DNA of 34,525 bases from Octopus bimaculoides. Taxonomy: Eukaryota. Shown here piece after piece: positions 1-13,525 of this stretch. Numbering within the stretch: the first letter of the stretch is position 1; every line of letters begins with the position of its first letter. Location of the stretch: assembly GCF_001194135.2 (NCBI RefSeq), contig NC_068996.1, positions 4,730,215 through 4,764,739 of the forward strand, given 5' to 3'. The translations under genes were made by a program, and so were the position numbers. The notes below the pieces were generated by a model. That model was not told where the DNA came from and searched no databases. It saw only the letters and a list, made by a program, of their open reading frames with translations.

Positions 1-322
1 CAAAGACCTGGAAATAGAGATAACTCGAATGTGGAGTCTAAAAACAGAAACAATTCCTATCATAGTAGGTGCCTTAGGTATAATAAAAAAATACACAGAC
101 AAATACATAACAAAAATACCAGGACTTACAAATATATGTAACATACAGAAAATTGCACTACTGGGTACTGCACACATCCTACGCAAAACACTTTCAATAC
201 AGTAAACATAAAAGCACCACAGCAAACCACAGCACATACCCAAGGCGCACAGAGCTGCGCTCGGTAGTGAAGTGAAAGCACGTTATAAAAATAAAACTAC
301 TGAACAATAATAATAATAATAA
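1..322 (+). mobile_element. 3' end of RLE-type (R4/Dong-like) non-LTR retrotransposon, copy A
   Basis: Frame from 2 reads KDLEIEITRMWSLKTETIPIIVGALGIIKK...IQKIALLGTAHILRKTLSIQ* (TAA 203-205). This is the typical C-terminus of restriction-like endonuclease LINEs. A short 3'UTR and a (TAA)n tail follow at ~306-322. Confidence 0.85.
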
Positions 323-334
323 AGAACTGAACAT

Positions 335-649
335 TATTTTAGAATGATCCCTGGCTTACCATCCACACAGGAAGAGCAAAAGATTGTCTTAACTGGTACG
401 ACAGACGTACTGAGAAGAGCACTGTCGCTGTGAACTTTCTTTCCCATTTTCTCTTTATTTTTTAGTTTACTTTTTTTCATTTTTTTCCTTTTCTCTCTAT
501 CTTTCTTCTACTTTTTTCTCTATCAGATGACTTTGTATATGAACAATCTGGTGTACTTATTTTAATGGCCTACCAATGTATACAGTGAGTTTCTCTGCTC
601 TAGGTGTGAGGAAGACACTCGGCAAGAAATGGAAATAGAATTAAAAGAA

Positions 650-685
<36 letters not shown>

Positions 686-703
686 AATAATAATAATAAT
701 AAT
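335..703 (+). mobile_element. Extreme 3' end of a second, different RLE-type LINE, copy B
   Basis: YFRMIPGLPSTQEEQKIVLTGTTDVLRRALSL* (TGA 431-433) parallels the C-terminus of copy A. A 3'UTR and a (GAT)n(AAT)n run at 650-703 follow. Confidence 0.7.
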
Positions 704-2869
704 GTCATGCACGAATAGCTGCACAGCTCAACAGCTTGTTAAATGCCGACCGAGAAACATCAGAGTGATTGACAATGGGTAGGACAGTGCTGTGCCTGAA
801 AAACTTTGATAAAGGCAGTACGATAAACAATTACAGGTCGATATCCTGTTTGCCACTTATGTGGGAGTTATTGACTGGAATACTCGCAGAGTCAATGTAC
901 GAACATCTGAAAAAAAAATGGAGTCCTGCCACATGAGCAGAAGGGTTGCAAGCGTAAGTGCAGAGGTACCAAGGATCATCAACTCCTGATAGCCAAGACT
1001 GTACTTAGAGACTGCAAGAGGGAAAAAACTAACTTAGCCGTGTCATGGATCGATTTTCATTAGGTGTACGATATGATTCCACATTCTTGGATTATGAAAT
1101 GTGTGAACCTATTTGGTATTGCATCGAATGTTGAGCGATTGCTTGGAAAAAGTATGGCGAAATGGGGGACGGAACCGACAGCATATGGGAAAAGTTTAGG
1201 GACAATAGAAATCAGGAGAGGCATCTTTCAAGGGGACTGCCTGTCCCCACTGATCTTTGTACTGTGCTTGATACCACTAACATTGATTTTGAGGAAAGCA
1301 AAGGCTTGGTATGTATTAAAAAGCCACCAACAAAAAGTCAACCATTTGTTATTCATGGATGACCTCAAACATTATGGTAAAGCTGAAGCCTAAATCAGTT
1401 CCCTCGTTGATACGGTGTATACTTTCAGTGATGATATCAGAATGAATTTCGGACTGAGGAAGTGTGGTGTGTTAGTCTTGAAGAGAGGCAAAATCAAATA
1501 TATGGACGGGCTAGCGGTACCGTCGAGGCGGGGATATGAAGCAAATAGAAGAGACGGGCTTTATGTACTTGGGGATATTAAAAATGGATAAATTGATGGA
1601 GAAAGAAATGATAAAAAAAACTTTAAGGTGGAGTACCTGCACAGACTGAGACTGATCCTTAAGTCGAAATTAAACGGACGGAATAAGATTGACGCTATCA
1701 ATACCTGGGCGGTTTCACTCCTTAGATATGGAGCAGGGGTAATTGCATGGATAGTAGTCGAACTAAACAGCTTAGACAGAAAGGCAAGGAAGTTGCTAAC
1801 TAGATATGGGACACTCCACCCAAAAAGTGACACAGACACTATGTACCAAGAAAAAGAGGAGGAAGAGGACTGATTGGATGCGAACGCAGCATTAGAGCAG
1901 AAGAAAACAACATAGCATGGTATGTAAAAAATGCCACCGAACTGCTATTATTAGAAATAAAAAGGTAAGGCTCGTGTAGGAAGATTGCAAAGATAAAGCA
2001 CTGTACAGGCATTTGAGAATGAATAAAACTGAAAATAGGTGGATGAAGAAAAGAATGCATGGACAATTTTATAGGGATGTTGAAGATAAGACAGATAGAG
2101 AAAAAAGATGGCTATGAATGACTAAAAGTGATTTTAAACGGGAAACGGAGGCTCTAATCTGTGCTGCCCAAGAACTAGCATTAAGAACGAATTACATCAA
2201 ATACAGAATAAACAACACAGCCGAAAGTGATAAGTGCAGAATTTGTGGACAAAATGGTGAAACCGTATGGCATATTACCAGTCAGTGTACGCCATTAGCC
2301 CAGAAATAATATGAGACGTCATGACAATATAGCAAGGATTGTCCATTGGACACTTTGCATAAACTCGAAGGCATCATCAAAAATGATAATGCAAAGATCC
2401 TATGGGATTTTATGATTCAGTGCGACCATGAGATAGAGAATAGGAAACCAGATATAGTATTGAGAAAGAAAGCAAACGAAAGCAATGCTGGATCATAGAT
2501 ATAGCGTGCCCAGCTGATAACAAGGTATGCAATAAGGAAGAAAGAAAAGTTGATAGATATGACAGGTTGGCTTGGAAGTTTAAACAGTTGTGGTCACTGA
2601 AAAAGGTGGTAATAGTACCAATAATTGTCGGAGCTCTGGGAACAGTGAGTAAAAATTTTGAGAAGTACGTGGAATAAAATAGGCACTGAAATAAGAGTGG
2701 AACACTTGCAGAAAACAGCACTGCTTTGGACCGCTCGAATACTCCGGATGGTGCTCGAAAAATAAGGGGTGTTACCTTAGTTCATTGGTAACGAACAACT
2801 GATACCGTAGTACATCTCCAGCGTTAGAATCTGTGCAAAGTCAATAATAATAATAATAATAATAATAAT
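704..2869 (+). mobile_element. 5'-truncated, decayed R4/Dong-like LINE (RT + CCHC zinc knuckle + RLE endonuclease), copy C
   Basis: RT motifs: [54 protein letters not shown]. Zinc knuckle: CRICGQNGETVWHITSQC. RLE region: KILWDFMIQCDHEIENRKPDIV...IIDIACP, VPIIVGALG, QKTALLWTARILRMVLEK* (TAA 2763-2765). It carries several internal stops and frameshifts and ends in (TAA)n at 2843-2869. Confidence 0.93.
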
Positions 2870-3732
2870 TAGCTGGAGCAAGTGAAATCGATAGCACTGT
2901 AAAGTGAAATGGCAATAGTAATAATAATATTAATAACAATAACATATCCCTAAATATTCAGATATTTTATTTCAAACTTTCTCATGCGTTATTGATTCAT
3001 TTGCCTATCAAAATCGTCGATTCATGAGGGGAATTTTATATGTTCTTGTTTTAGCTGAGCCCCAGGACTGGGCTGATTCAGAAAGGCCACAGTCGTCAGC
3101 GTTCTATCTGTAACTATTCTGTTATTATTTTATACTATCTAGGACAAACATTGTTATCAACATTTCCTTGGTATCATTCGTCTTTCATAAAAAAAAAGAC
3201 ACCGTGAGTTGTTTTTTTTTTTTTTGCTGTAAGTTTACCCACCTTTCATCCTAGTTCAGTTCTTAAGAAACGAAAAAAGCCTTTCAGTTCAACACCACTA
3301 CTAACACTACCCATACTATCACAACCACCATAGCCTCTATCAAAACTTCAATGTTGTAATGGTTGTTGTTGCAGATTTTTTCCGATTTTATTTATTTACT
3401 ACTAAGTTGAATTTCACTGACATAGTTCACGCAATATTGATAATGCTCACAGACAGATGACAACCTATAAAATGTTGCAGATAGGTGGTTTATTTTTGAT
3501 TTTAGTATATTTTTGGTACATATTTTATAAAAAGCTTGTTTTTAAGTCTAATACTGTTCGTCCTGACCGGTCTTTTTTCTTCTTTCTTTTTTCTTACTTT
3601 TAAGTTGAATTTTTTTCGAAAGGTCGTATATGGGATGATTACATTAAACCTATTGCCAAAACAATCACCCTAAAAATTGATTACATCATTACCCTCTCTC
3701 CGGATGTACCCGTCGTCTTTAAAAGTCACTAA

Positions 3733-5460
3733 TTAACCCTTTTATGGAAAACTACTGCCACATTCGGTCTTTGCTAGCCTTCTTTCATTCTTTGAACGAG
3801 TTGCAAAGGGAGCTTTTATCATTTTTCGTCTTGTTTCGGTCAACTAAGCCTCAACCTTTCTCTTGTCATCATGGTCATTGTCTGAACCTCCTTCTCCTTA
3901 ACACTAGTAAATCATTTTGGCTTATATACCTATGAAAACATCAGGTCTTCTTCTCGTTAGTGACGTAAAGCGCTACAAGCCTGTACTATCCTTGTAATTT
4001 ATTCGGGAAAACCTTCATCCCATGCGATAAATTGGAAGGAGAGCTGAATATATATTTGACTTTGATAGGACACTGATCAATTTAAATCATTCATTGTAAC
4101 CAGCTGTCCCCTACGTGTGTAGTCAATGGCATGATTTTATCGGAACTGTTTGGTATCACATATTCGATTCGTTTTGTCTCTTGAGTACATAGTGTATAAA
4201 TTGTACACCAGCACTATTCTGTTCGAGCTCGAGTCTCAGTAATCTAGTATCTGAATAGATGGATGTCGTCACTGTCACGGTGACAATTATTTTATATGAT
4301 TTAAGTTGATCTGTACGAAACATTTGGAAGAGGATATTTCTTTTTCTTTGCTGGGTGTGAAGGAAAGGCTACCCATGGCATTCATCGGATTTCCTAGATG
4401 ATAATATTGATGCCATTAATGTTCCTTGAACTTTTGTCAGTCAGCATCTACAGGAAAGACACGAGCAAAGAACGAATTTCAAATGGCGACGAACTTTGAA
4501 GGACTGATTATAGAGATTAGTGCAGGGCCCAGAAATTTGAGCAGTAGTGAAATGAGTTAGGTGGTAATGATTTAGTACAGTTGACATGAATTCCTCCAGA
4601 TCCGAGGCGCAGAGGCCATTATAGCAGCAGTAGAAAAGAGAAATGAAAGAAACAGTGCTTTTGTGATTAAGAGAGTGGAACATGTCTAAATAATTTTACA
4701 TAAATCGGTTGAGGGCTTTTTCTCAGATGTAGTCAGATTAATCAGCACAAGGGACTGAGTTGTGAACTGATGCCTGGAGAAGCGAATCCATGTCGACCAA
4801 CGTTTTTCACAAGATCGAGCATCAAGATGAAGTGTTCAGATGCTTGTTCGGTTCAGAACTGCAGGAACCGGGACAGATTGATGAGTATAGTAGCGAATCT
4901 CTGTCAGAGATAAACTGAATGACAGCCTACATATTTAAAGCATGTCCCTCGTGCTGTGCAACCATCAGTGTATTGCGTGAGGGAATTTGCTACGAACGAA
5001 ATAAAAGAGAAGTCAATGCCTTCGATAAGATAAATATATATACAGTTCCAGCTTACGGCATTCTGTTACTTGCATTTTCATATCCCTTCCCTTGGACAAT
5101 CCTCTGATGGAATTAGCTGGCAAAACGGATAACATTTGAAGTTTGGTTTATATCAATGGGTTTCATCATATTATTGGCTTCCGGTTTACCTTACACACCA
5201 GGTGATACACAAAATTCCACTTATTTGGATGTTTACATTTGATCTAAGCTGATGGATTCAAAAATAGAATTTGTTCTCATGATACCATTTCCTGTTCAAT
5301 ACATACGTTATTTTGCTGAGAATGGAGTATTTTTCATCATTTCGGCAGCAACAATAATTCGCATATGAAATCATCTGTCACTGAAGTACGATAAAGCAAA
5401 TGTGGTGTTAAAGTTGACAAAATTGTGATGTTCCTATAGCACATTATGATAAGGATCTGC
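3733..5460 (-). mobile_element. Probable highly degenerate piggyBac-like DNA transposon remnant
   Basis: TTAA-CCCTTT terminus at 3733. Minus-strand fragments resemble piggyBac transposase (NVCIEQEMV ~ xIDExM; QGKGY...AGTV; AIDYT) but are riddled with stops. The opposite terminus was not found. Confidence 0.35.
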
Positions 5461-5909
5461 TGTTTTTCTGAGGTTTGGGGTTTTTTGGGGTTTTTTTTTC
5501 TTTTTACATATACATTCCGATATACGATTTTGGAGGTTCATATCCCAAGGAACTGACTCCACAGCTTCGGAAATAAGAGAACCTTCTATGTATGAAGTAC
5601 TCTGCATAACAAACTACTTATTTTAACAAGCATAATAATATGTAAGCATGGATGTTTTTCTTTGAGATCATTTAAGTTCTTATCAATGAAGTTGAAGCCG
5701 GTCGCTAACAAAGCAACAAGACTTTTTAAGTTAAGAGAGTTCCTGGTGTTTATGAATATGTAATTGAGTGTGGTTATATGTTGGTGCATGTACCTACGCA
5801 TACGTTCACGCTCTGTGTGAACAGATATTTTTAGTGTGCGTGCGTGCGTGCGTGCGTGCGTGCGTGTGTATTTATGTGTGTGTGGTGGTGGTGGTGGTAG
5901 GGAGATAGC

Positions 5910-7030
5910 ATCTTGTTGATACTTTGGGGGTAGCTACTGATGATGAAGTTGATATTCTTCACTCAGATATAACATAACAGGCATTTTCTATCACAGCGTG
6001 GTTTGTAGTATTTGTCCCTTTTGTTTATCAAGTATTTAGTAGCTATCTTCATCTTCTGTTCCTGGATAGTGAAGGCATATCCTTCTCGATACGATGTAAT
6101 GTATCTGTCGCAGGTCCAGAAAAGGCTACTCTTCCTGTCAGTGATGTGAGAGGAGAGAAAATAGCAATTCAGTGAAGGAGAAGTAGTGAGAGTAATAGCC
6201 CTGCCTGAGAGATAGTGTGAGAAAGTAATAGCAATGAGAGAAAGGAAGCGGCAAAGTGCTTACGGGATATGTACTTACACGTTATTTTCTACTGGTACAA
6301 TAAATGCTTCCCCTCGAAGCTTCCGTTTAGGTAGGTCAGGTCAGGTTCCTTTGAGTCACATAATATAGTTGTAAACCTACTCTGAAAATGTTACTACTCT
6401 CAATTTTGAGTACACGTGTAACGTGCTCGATTTTTCCTCTACTGTTCAGTGGATGCTGCCTGAATGATACAATGCGACACACAAAAGCTGTTTGAACTAA
6501 CCTTATGCTTCTACCCCCATCTTTTCATCTTATGAAAATTCTGCTGATGATGTTGAAGTTGCCATTGCTGGTTAGTATCTTCCTAATTTTGGTATCGAAG
6601 CTGCGGATCTCATTAGCAGCCCAATCTAATATTCCAATATTTGGAATACTGACACTGTAAAAGCATCATGGGATATGGTCTTCTTGAATGCGAACATTTA
6701 TTTCTGAGTTCCATATTTTCCGGAGTTTTCCAATGTCTGCTAAAGTATTCTCTCATTCCTCTAGATTTACCCAGAGCACCAACGTTTACAACATTATCGT
6801 CAATTTCGAAACACTTATAGTACTTATTATTGGAACCATGGAAGACAGACAAACCATTGACGTTCATGAATTTTGTCTGGTCGACAATCTTTCCTCGATT
6901 GACAATCATGTACGAGCACTTATCTTTCCCAAACTCCATTCCTATATACCGTGAGAATGATTTGACTTCAAATTGTCTCTTGATGTTGTTCATGTTACCA
7001 GAATATAACTTTAGGTCATCAACAAAAAAT
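5910..7030 (-). mobile_element. Decayed RLE-type LINE fragment (RT C-half to zinc knuckle), interrupted at 6140-6256
   Basis: ORF 6613-6993 has VKSFSRYIGMEFGKDKC. It continues as FDTKIRKILTSNGNF...DGGRS and then SYREGYAFTIQEQKMKIATKYLINKRDK...CDRKCLLC, homologous to the corresponding regions of copy C. Confidence 0.75.
6140..6256. repeat. Interspersed repeat; reverse-complement copy at 10507-10619
   Basis: The reverse complement of 6140-6256 matches 10507-10619 (ctttgcNNcttcctttctctcattgctattactttctcacac...ttctccttcactgaattgctattttctctcctct). Confidence 0.8.
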
Positions 7031-7054
7031 GTGTGGGAGATATTAGTTTCATTT

Positions 7055-7057
<3 letters not shown>

Positions 7058-7140
<83 letters not shown>
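7058..7140. repeat. Compound (TA)n(TG)n microsatellite, representative of dozens of TA/TG/CA/GA/TAGA/TACA arrays in the window
   Basis: Directly visible. Similar arrays occur at ~8710-8960, 9310-9400, 9780-10000, 11260-11540, 13000-13530, 24030-24140, 29130-29310 and 33240-33720. Confidence 0.98.
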
Positions 7141-7141
<1 letters not shown>

Positions 7142-8721
7142 AGACACTAAAAACACACATCGTTAATATACAGGAAAGTTTGGCTTTGTTAAACTGATCT
7201 CCACATCACTGCAGTTTTTCTATTATCGATTATTTGCTAGTAATCTGTGTTTTTATCGATTTACATAGTCTACTGAATGTCTTTACTCAGTTCGTTTGTT
7301 TTAGCTTAGTTCTTATTCAAATATTTAGCAATAAATTTCACGATAAAATTGCAGTTTTCTAGGCCAGAGTGAAACAGCCAGAGTGTGTTTACCAAGCAAA
7401 AACAGAAACACAAAATATTTTATTCGAGTACATTGAAACTGTACAGAAGCTCACCACATGTTTGTATCAACTCTTGTATCTAAGCTTAATTCGCCTAGTT
7501 TAACACCACTACCTAGCCTTTGAGCCGTTAGTTGTCTGGTTTATTAAAAGCAATTATACCACAGTACTAGTTTCCGAAATCTTTGACATTAGATTTAATT
7601 TATTATACGAAAGCATATATAGAAATTGTAACCTAGCTCTTTCTAACATCGTAACAGAAAATAAGTTAAAAAAAAAGAACAGATAAATAATAAACCACAA
7701 GTTTAAATTAACTGTCAAGAAATAGGATGAATCAAAGAGAACAAAAGGATAGAAGAGACAAAATAATAAATGAATAAACACATAAATGATAAATAGAAGA
7801 TACGAGGTTTTTCTGTTTCCAGAGTCACAGATCTATAAATAGCCAAGTGTCTGCTCTGATGCAATTAATGAGGGTGGATATACAATTCAGTGTATGCTGT
7901 GTAATTTGATGTTGCTTTGTGTGTTATGTAGAGCTAATGGAGAAAATTTTTCTTGGCCAGTCAATTTTAACTTGTGATTTATTATATATCTATGGGGATT
8001 TTTTGTGTGATTTGTCCCTTTCTTTTTCTTCTTTTTTTGTTGCTTCGAATATGATATGCAAATGAAGTGATAAGACATCTTGGGCTAAGAGTACATATTC
8101 TTCAAATAAAAGTCCGACCAGCAAATGGATTTTACACGTAAATCTGATGAGTCGATATTTTTGCAAGATTAGTTCAATAATGTTAAAGCAATATATTGTT
8201 ACACATATATAGTAATAATATAGCAATATTCTTCTCATAAAATAGCATTCAAACCTTTATAAAGTTGTATAATAAAACGAATAGCTCACTCCATTCTCCC
8301 TGTTAATATCTATATAAACTCTACAGTAATTTATGGATTTTCAGATATATCATCACTAAAACTATCCATTTCCATTTCATATTTGTATCTGATAACCAGT
8401 ATTCATGGATGAGCTTAATAAGGCAAATTCCAAGGTTAAAACCCAAATAAATTCAATATATATATTTATATGTACACACACACACAAACACATTTTCTAT
8501 CATATAACTTCAAGAATGTTTAACTCATATAACATCTAATACATTTTAGATTCTTTTATTTTTTCTCTATAATCGTCATTCATTTATAATTTTTCAACAG
8601 TATATATTAACAGTATATAGAAATCATAGACAAATACACAAACACATACCCACCCACCTACATATGTACATATAGATAAATGCACAAAAACATTTGCAAG
8701 CATTATATATATATACACACA

Positions 8722-8801
<80 letters not shown>

Positions 8802-8894
8802 TACATACATACATACATACATACATGGACAGGCAGATAGATAGACAGATGTAGATGTAAGGATATGTAAGAATTATATGTTTATATATATGTA

Positions 8895-8936
<42 letters not shown>

Positions 8937-9328
8937 GAGAGAGAGAGAGTGAGAGAGAGAGAGAGAGATGATTGTTGTATGTATTTGAAACATGCATACA
9001 TTACAGAAATAGGACAAAGAGTCAATGCCCTTTCTAAAGTGAATCATAGATCCAACTCATACATACACAGTAATGTAATATACGTACATAAAGGTGATAA
9101 TAATTGAAGCATCCATTTAAAAAGATACGTTTGATAATTCTATGCTACGACAAAGCTTGTTCAGCAGAAAATATTAGAATACAGCAATAAGAAAATCATG
9201 AAATAACAAATGTATCAACAAAACACATAAGTATGTACAGAAATCTTTGATGATAATGATGACGATGACGACGACGAGGACAACGGCGATGATGATGATG
9301 ATGATGATGATATATGTATATGTGTGTA

Positions 9329-9400
<72 letters not shown>

Positions 9401-9536
9401 ATGTCATATATATGTCATCATATCTGTATTTATATGAATGCAAATATATACATACACATATATGTGTATGTGTGTGCGTGTGTGTTTGCATATATGTATA
9501 TGCATATACATATATTTCTATGCATATATGTATATA

Positions 9537-9745
9537 TCATCATCATCATCATCGTTTAATGTCCACTTTCCATGCTGGCATGGGTTGGACGTTGTGACTG
9601 AGGACTGGCAAGCCAGAAGGCTGCACCAGGCTCCAATTTGATCTGGCAGAGTTTCTACAGCTGGATGCCCTTCCTAACGCCAACCACTCCAAGAGTGTAG
9701 AGGGTGGTTTTACATGCCACCAGTACGAGGGCCAGTCAGGCAGTA
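9537..9745 (-). mobile_element. Short retroelement 3' module ending in (GAT)n, RTE-LINE-tail/SINE family
   Basis: Reverse complement of the recurrent unit ggcgttaggaagggcatccagctgtagaaac...gtccaacccatgc.agcatggaaa.cggacgttaaac(gat)n. Confidence 0.75.
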
Positions 9746-9796
9746 CAACACACACACACTCACTAACACACACACATACATATAGATAGATAGATC

Positions 9797-9883
<87 letters not shown>

Positions 9884-9968
9884 GGGTGGATAGATATGTA
9901 TGTGTGTGTATGTGCATACAGACATAAATATATATATACATGCACACAAACATACTTGTATACATACA

Positions 9969-10000
<32 letters not shown>

Positions 10001-10660
10001 GTCATATATACTCACAAACACACTCACCAAAGTATAATAGTAAAGGGGTTTACATATGCCACTGTGACGGTCACAGAGAGAAATATAAAATTCATTTACA
10101 TAATATTAAACACTAGCTGACCCTGTGCCATCAAAAATGATGGCTAATTGTAGTATTTTATATTTATATAACGTACAAAATAAGGTACATAATAATCCCA
10201 CATACAAACATTCACATACTGCCCCTGTACATGCACACACATACATACATATACTCACACAGAGTTGAAACGCTGTTTGATTTTTCTTTTCAGCGTTGAA
10301 TGTTCACCATCCAATTTCCATTGCATACACACACACAGACACACACAAACATTCACATACCTCCCTTTTCTTTTACATACACACACATATACTCACACAG
10401 TTGACAAGCTGATTTTTTTCACCCCTTCCTTCGTTATTCATCTATCACTCCTTCCTTTCTCATTCATATGTTGTGACGGAGAAAAATAGAAGATACACGA
10501 TGTGCTCTTTGCTACTTCCTTTCTCTCATTGCTATTACTTTCTCACACTCACTCTCTCTCTCTCAGTCAGGGCTATTTCTCCTTCACTGAATTGCTATTT
10601 TCTCTCCTCTCCCATCACTTGTACTACTCTTTCACCTACTTCCTCCTACTCCTACTATGT

Positions 10661-10998
10661 NNNNNNNNNNNNNNNNNNNNNNNNNNNNNNNNNNNNNNNN
10701 NNNNNNNNNNNNNNNNNNNNNNNNNNNNNNNNNNNNNNNNNNNNNNNNNNNNNNNNNNNNNNNNNNNNNNNNNNNNNNNNNNNNNNNNNNNNNNNNNNNN
10801 NNNNNNNNNNNNNNNNNNNNNNNNNNNNNNNNNNNNNNNNNNNNNNNNNNNNNNNNNNNNNNNNNNNNNNNNNNNNNNNNNNNNNNNNNNNNNNNNNNNN
10901 NNNNNNNNNNNNNNNNNNNNNNNNNNNNNNNNNNNNNNNNNNNNNNNNNNNNNNNNNNNNNNNNNNNNNNNNNNNNNNNNNNNNNNNNNNNNNNNNNN
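10661..10998. other. Assembly gap (N run); others at 12688-12697, 13317-13326, 13686-13774, 27927-27936, 32026-32119
   Basis: N characters in the sequence. Confidence 0.99.
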
Positions 10999-11272
10999 AA
11001 AATGATAGTAATTAAAAACCATGTTAAAATAAAAATTTCAAGTTTAAATGGAAAAAAAACTCAGTGTATGTTATCATTTTAAGGCTCCATTTTAGTGTGT
11101 TATAAAATTTAGGTTTGATAATAAAATCAAACAAAATAATTGTAAATATTTAATTTATTAAAATATTTGCCAGAGTAATTTTATTGCAGACATTGTAAAA
11201 TCAGAATATTTGAACAAACAAATTTAAACACAATGCGTGTGAATTTTTCAAAAGAGCATATATATATATGTA

Positions 11273-11307
<35 letters not shown>

Positions 11308-11445
11308 GTGTGTATGTATGTATGTAAATGCACATTATTATATCTGTGTAGCTGTATATGAAAATATATATGTATATAGGTGTGTGTATGTATGCATATA
11401 CATATATATATATAATATGCATTTGCTTGCACATGTACATACATT

Positions 11446-11486
<41 letters not shown>

Positions 11487-11679
11487 ATATATGTATGTAT
11501 GTATATGCACATATGTATGTATACTTATATACCTATGCATATAAACATAAACTATTAACATATCAGATTTACAAAGACCAGCCAAATGATTTACAGAACC
11601 TAGCATAGTTCTATAACTAAAGCATTGTTTTAAGGTAAATACCTGAGTTATAGTCTGTTATCATAATGTCCTTGTGTTT

Positions 11680-11737
<58 letters not shown>

Positions 11738-11895
11738 GAATGTGTGTATATGTGTGATATATATATATAAATGTATGTATATATATATTACAGCACTTTG
11801 TGCCAACACAGCATTACAATTTTAAAAAATCTAATTGGAAAATGTATGTGCTGACATCATATAAAGGTGCAACAGCTGTATGTACATATAGGTAT

Positions 11896-12105
11896 CAAAT
11901 TTTGGCACAAGGCCAGCAGTTTCGGAGAAGGGGCTAAGTCAATTACATCGACCTCAGTGTACAACTGGTACTTATTTTATCGAACCCAAAAGGATGAAAA
12001 GCAAATCAACCTCGGTGGAATTTGAACTCAGAATGTGATGACAGACGAAATGCCGCTATGCATTTTTTGCCCGTTGTGCTAACAATTCTGCCAGCTCACT
12101 GCCTT
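11896..12105 (-). mobile_element. tRNA-derived SINE, family B
   Basis: The minus strand begins aaggcagtgagctggcagaattgttagc...gagttcaaattcc (A/B-box-like). Related copies lie at ~13980-14160, 16590-16780, 17452-17642, 18100-18300, 18750-18950, 27480-27590 and 27937-28050. Confidence 0.75.
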
Positions 12106-12643
12106 GCTGAGTGTATATATTTTGATATATATTGCACAGATGTATTGTCTGTTATTGCCATACCAAACGTTTTACTGTGCAATACAGCAATGAAACAAAA
12201 CACTGTTAATACATCAGTAATTTAATGCTTAGTCATGCAATCACAAATGTATAAAATATGCTAATTATTCCATCCAGTTTATTTTAGTATCAGTAAATTT
12301 ATAAGCAATGTGTTATAGATCGTTAAAGGTAGTATGCAGCTGCTGGAGAAGACTAAAAAAAAAGCAAGGAATGTACATACAGTAGTCTCCCTTCCTTTTT
12401 ATGTCTACAGAATATTGTACAGATGAATTGTTTACAAAAGGTCCTCTGTTACACTACAGCAATGAAACTATTCCCTGTTAATAAATCTGTAGTAAAACTA
12501 GTAACAGGGTTGACATTCATGGTGCTATCAAATGAAAACTAACAAATCATACATGTCAAAAGGTGTTACAAAACTATCTTTAAAATATGCATAAAAGCAT
12601 TGTATTTTTTAGGCAATAAACCTTAGGAAATTCAGGCAAGCAC

Positions 12644-12687
<44 letters not shown>

Positions 12688-12831
12688 NNNNNNNNNNTTG
12701 ACATTCATGGTGCTATCAAATGAAAACTAACAAATCATACATGTCAAAAGGTGTTACAAAACTATCTTTAAAATATGCATAAAAGCATTGTATTTTTTAG
12801 GCAATAAACCTTAGGAAATTCAGGCAAGCAC

Positions 12832-12872
<41 letters not shown>

Positions 12873-13266
12873 ACATACTTCAAACTCAATACTATATACT
12901 CAACTACGAGTGCACTGCATGTTATAGCAAAAACACTTGTAAGCTAATGGAAGTTTATTATATAATTTCTTGTTCCATAGTCATTTATATAATCTCTCCT
13001 ATGCATGTATATTATATATTATGATTTTATATAAATATATAAACATACATCAAAATATATGTGACTATATATGTACATATGTAGAATACAGTAACATATA
13101 CATACACACATATATATTTGTACATATAAATGTATACTTATGCATACATGCATACATATAACATATAACATATATGCATACATATATACATATATATATA
13201 CATATATATATACATATACTAATATATATACACACACATACATATATATACATGCATATATATACA

Positions 13267-13316
<50 letters not shown>

Positions 13317-13486
13317 NNNNNNNNNNATATATATACACATACATATATATACATATATATATATATACATATATATACATACACACATATATACATATAC
13401 ACATATATATATATATGCATACATAAATACATATACATACATATATACATATATATACATATATGCATATATATATATATATATAT

Positions 13487-13525
<39 letters not shown>

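Noticed and set aside
7340-9110. Several possible small plus-strand exons (e.g. after AG at ~7352, 7822, 9007)
   Set aside because: Splice signals are weak or ambiguous and the peptides are unrecognisable, so they cannot be supported without transcripts.
12510-12868. Identical ~175-bp tandem duplication
   Set aside because: The two identical copies straddle a 10-N gap and end in (TA)n, a typical contig-overlap assembly artefact.
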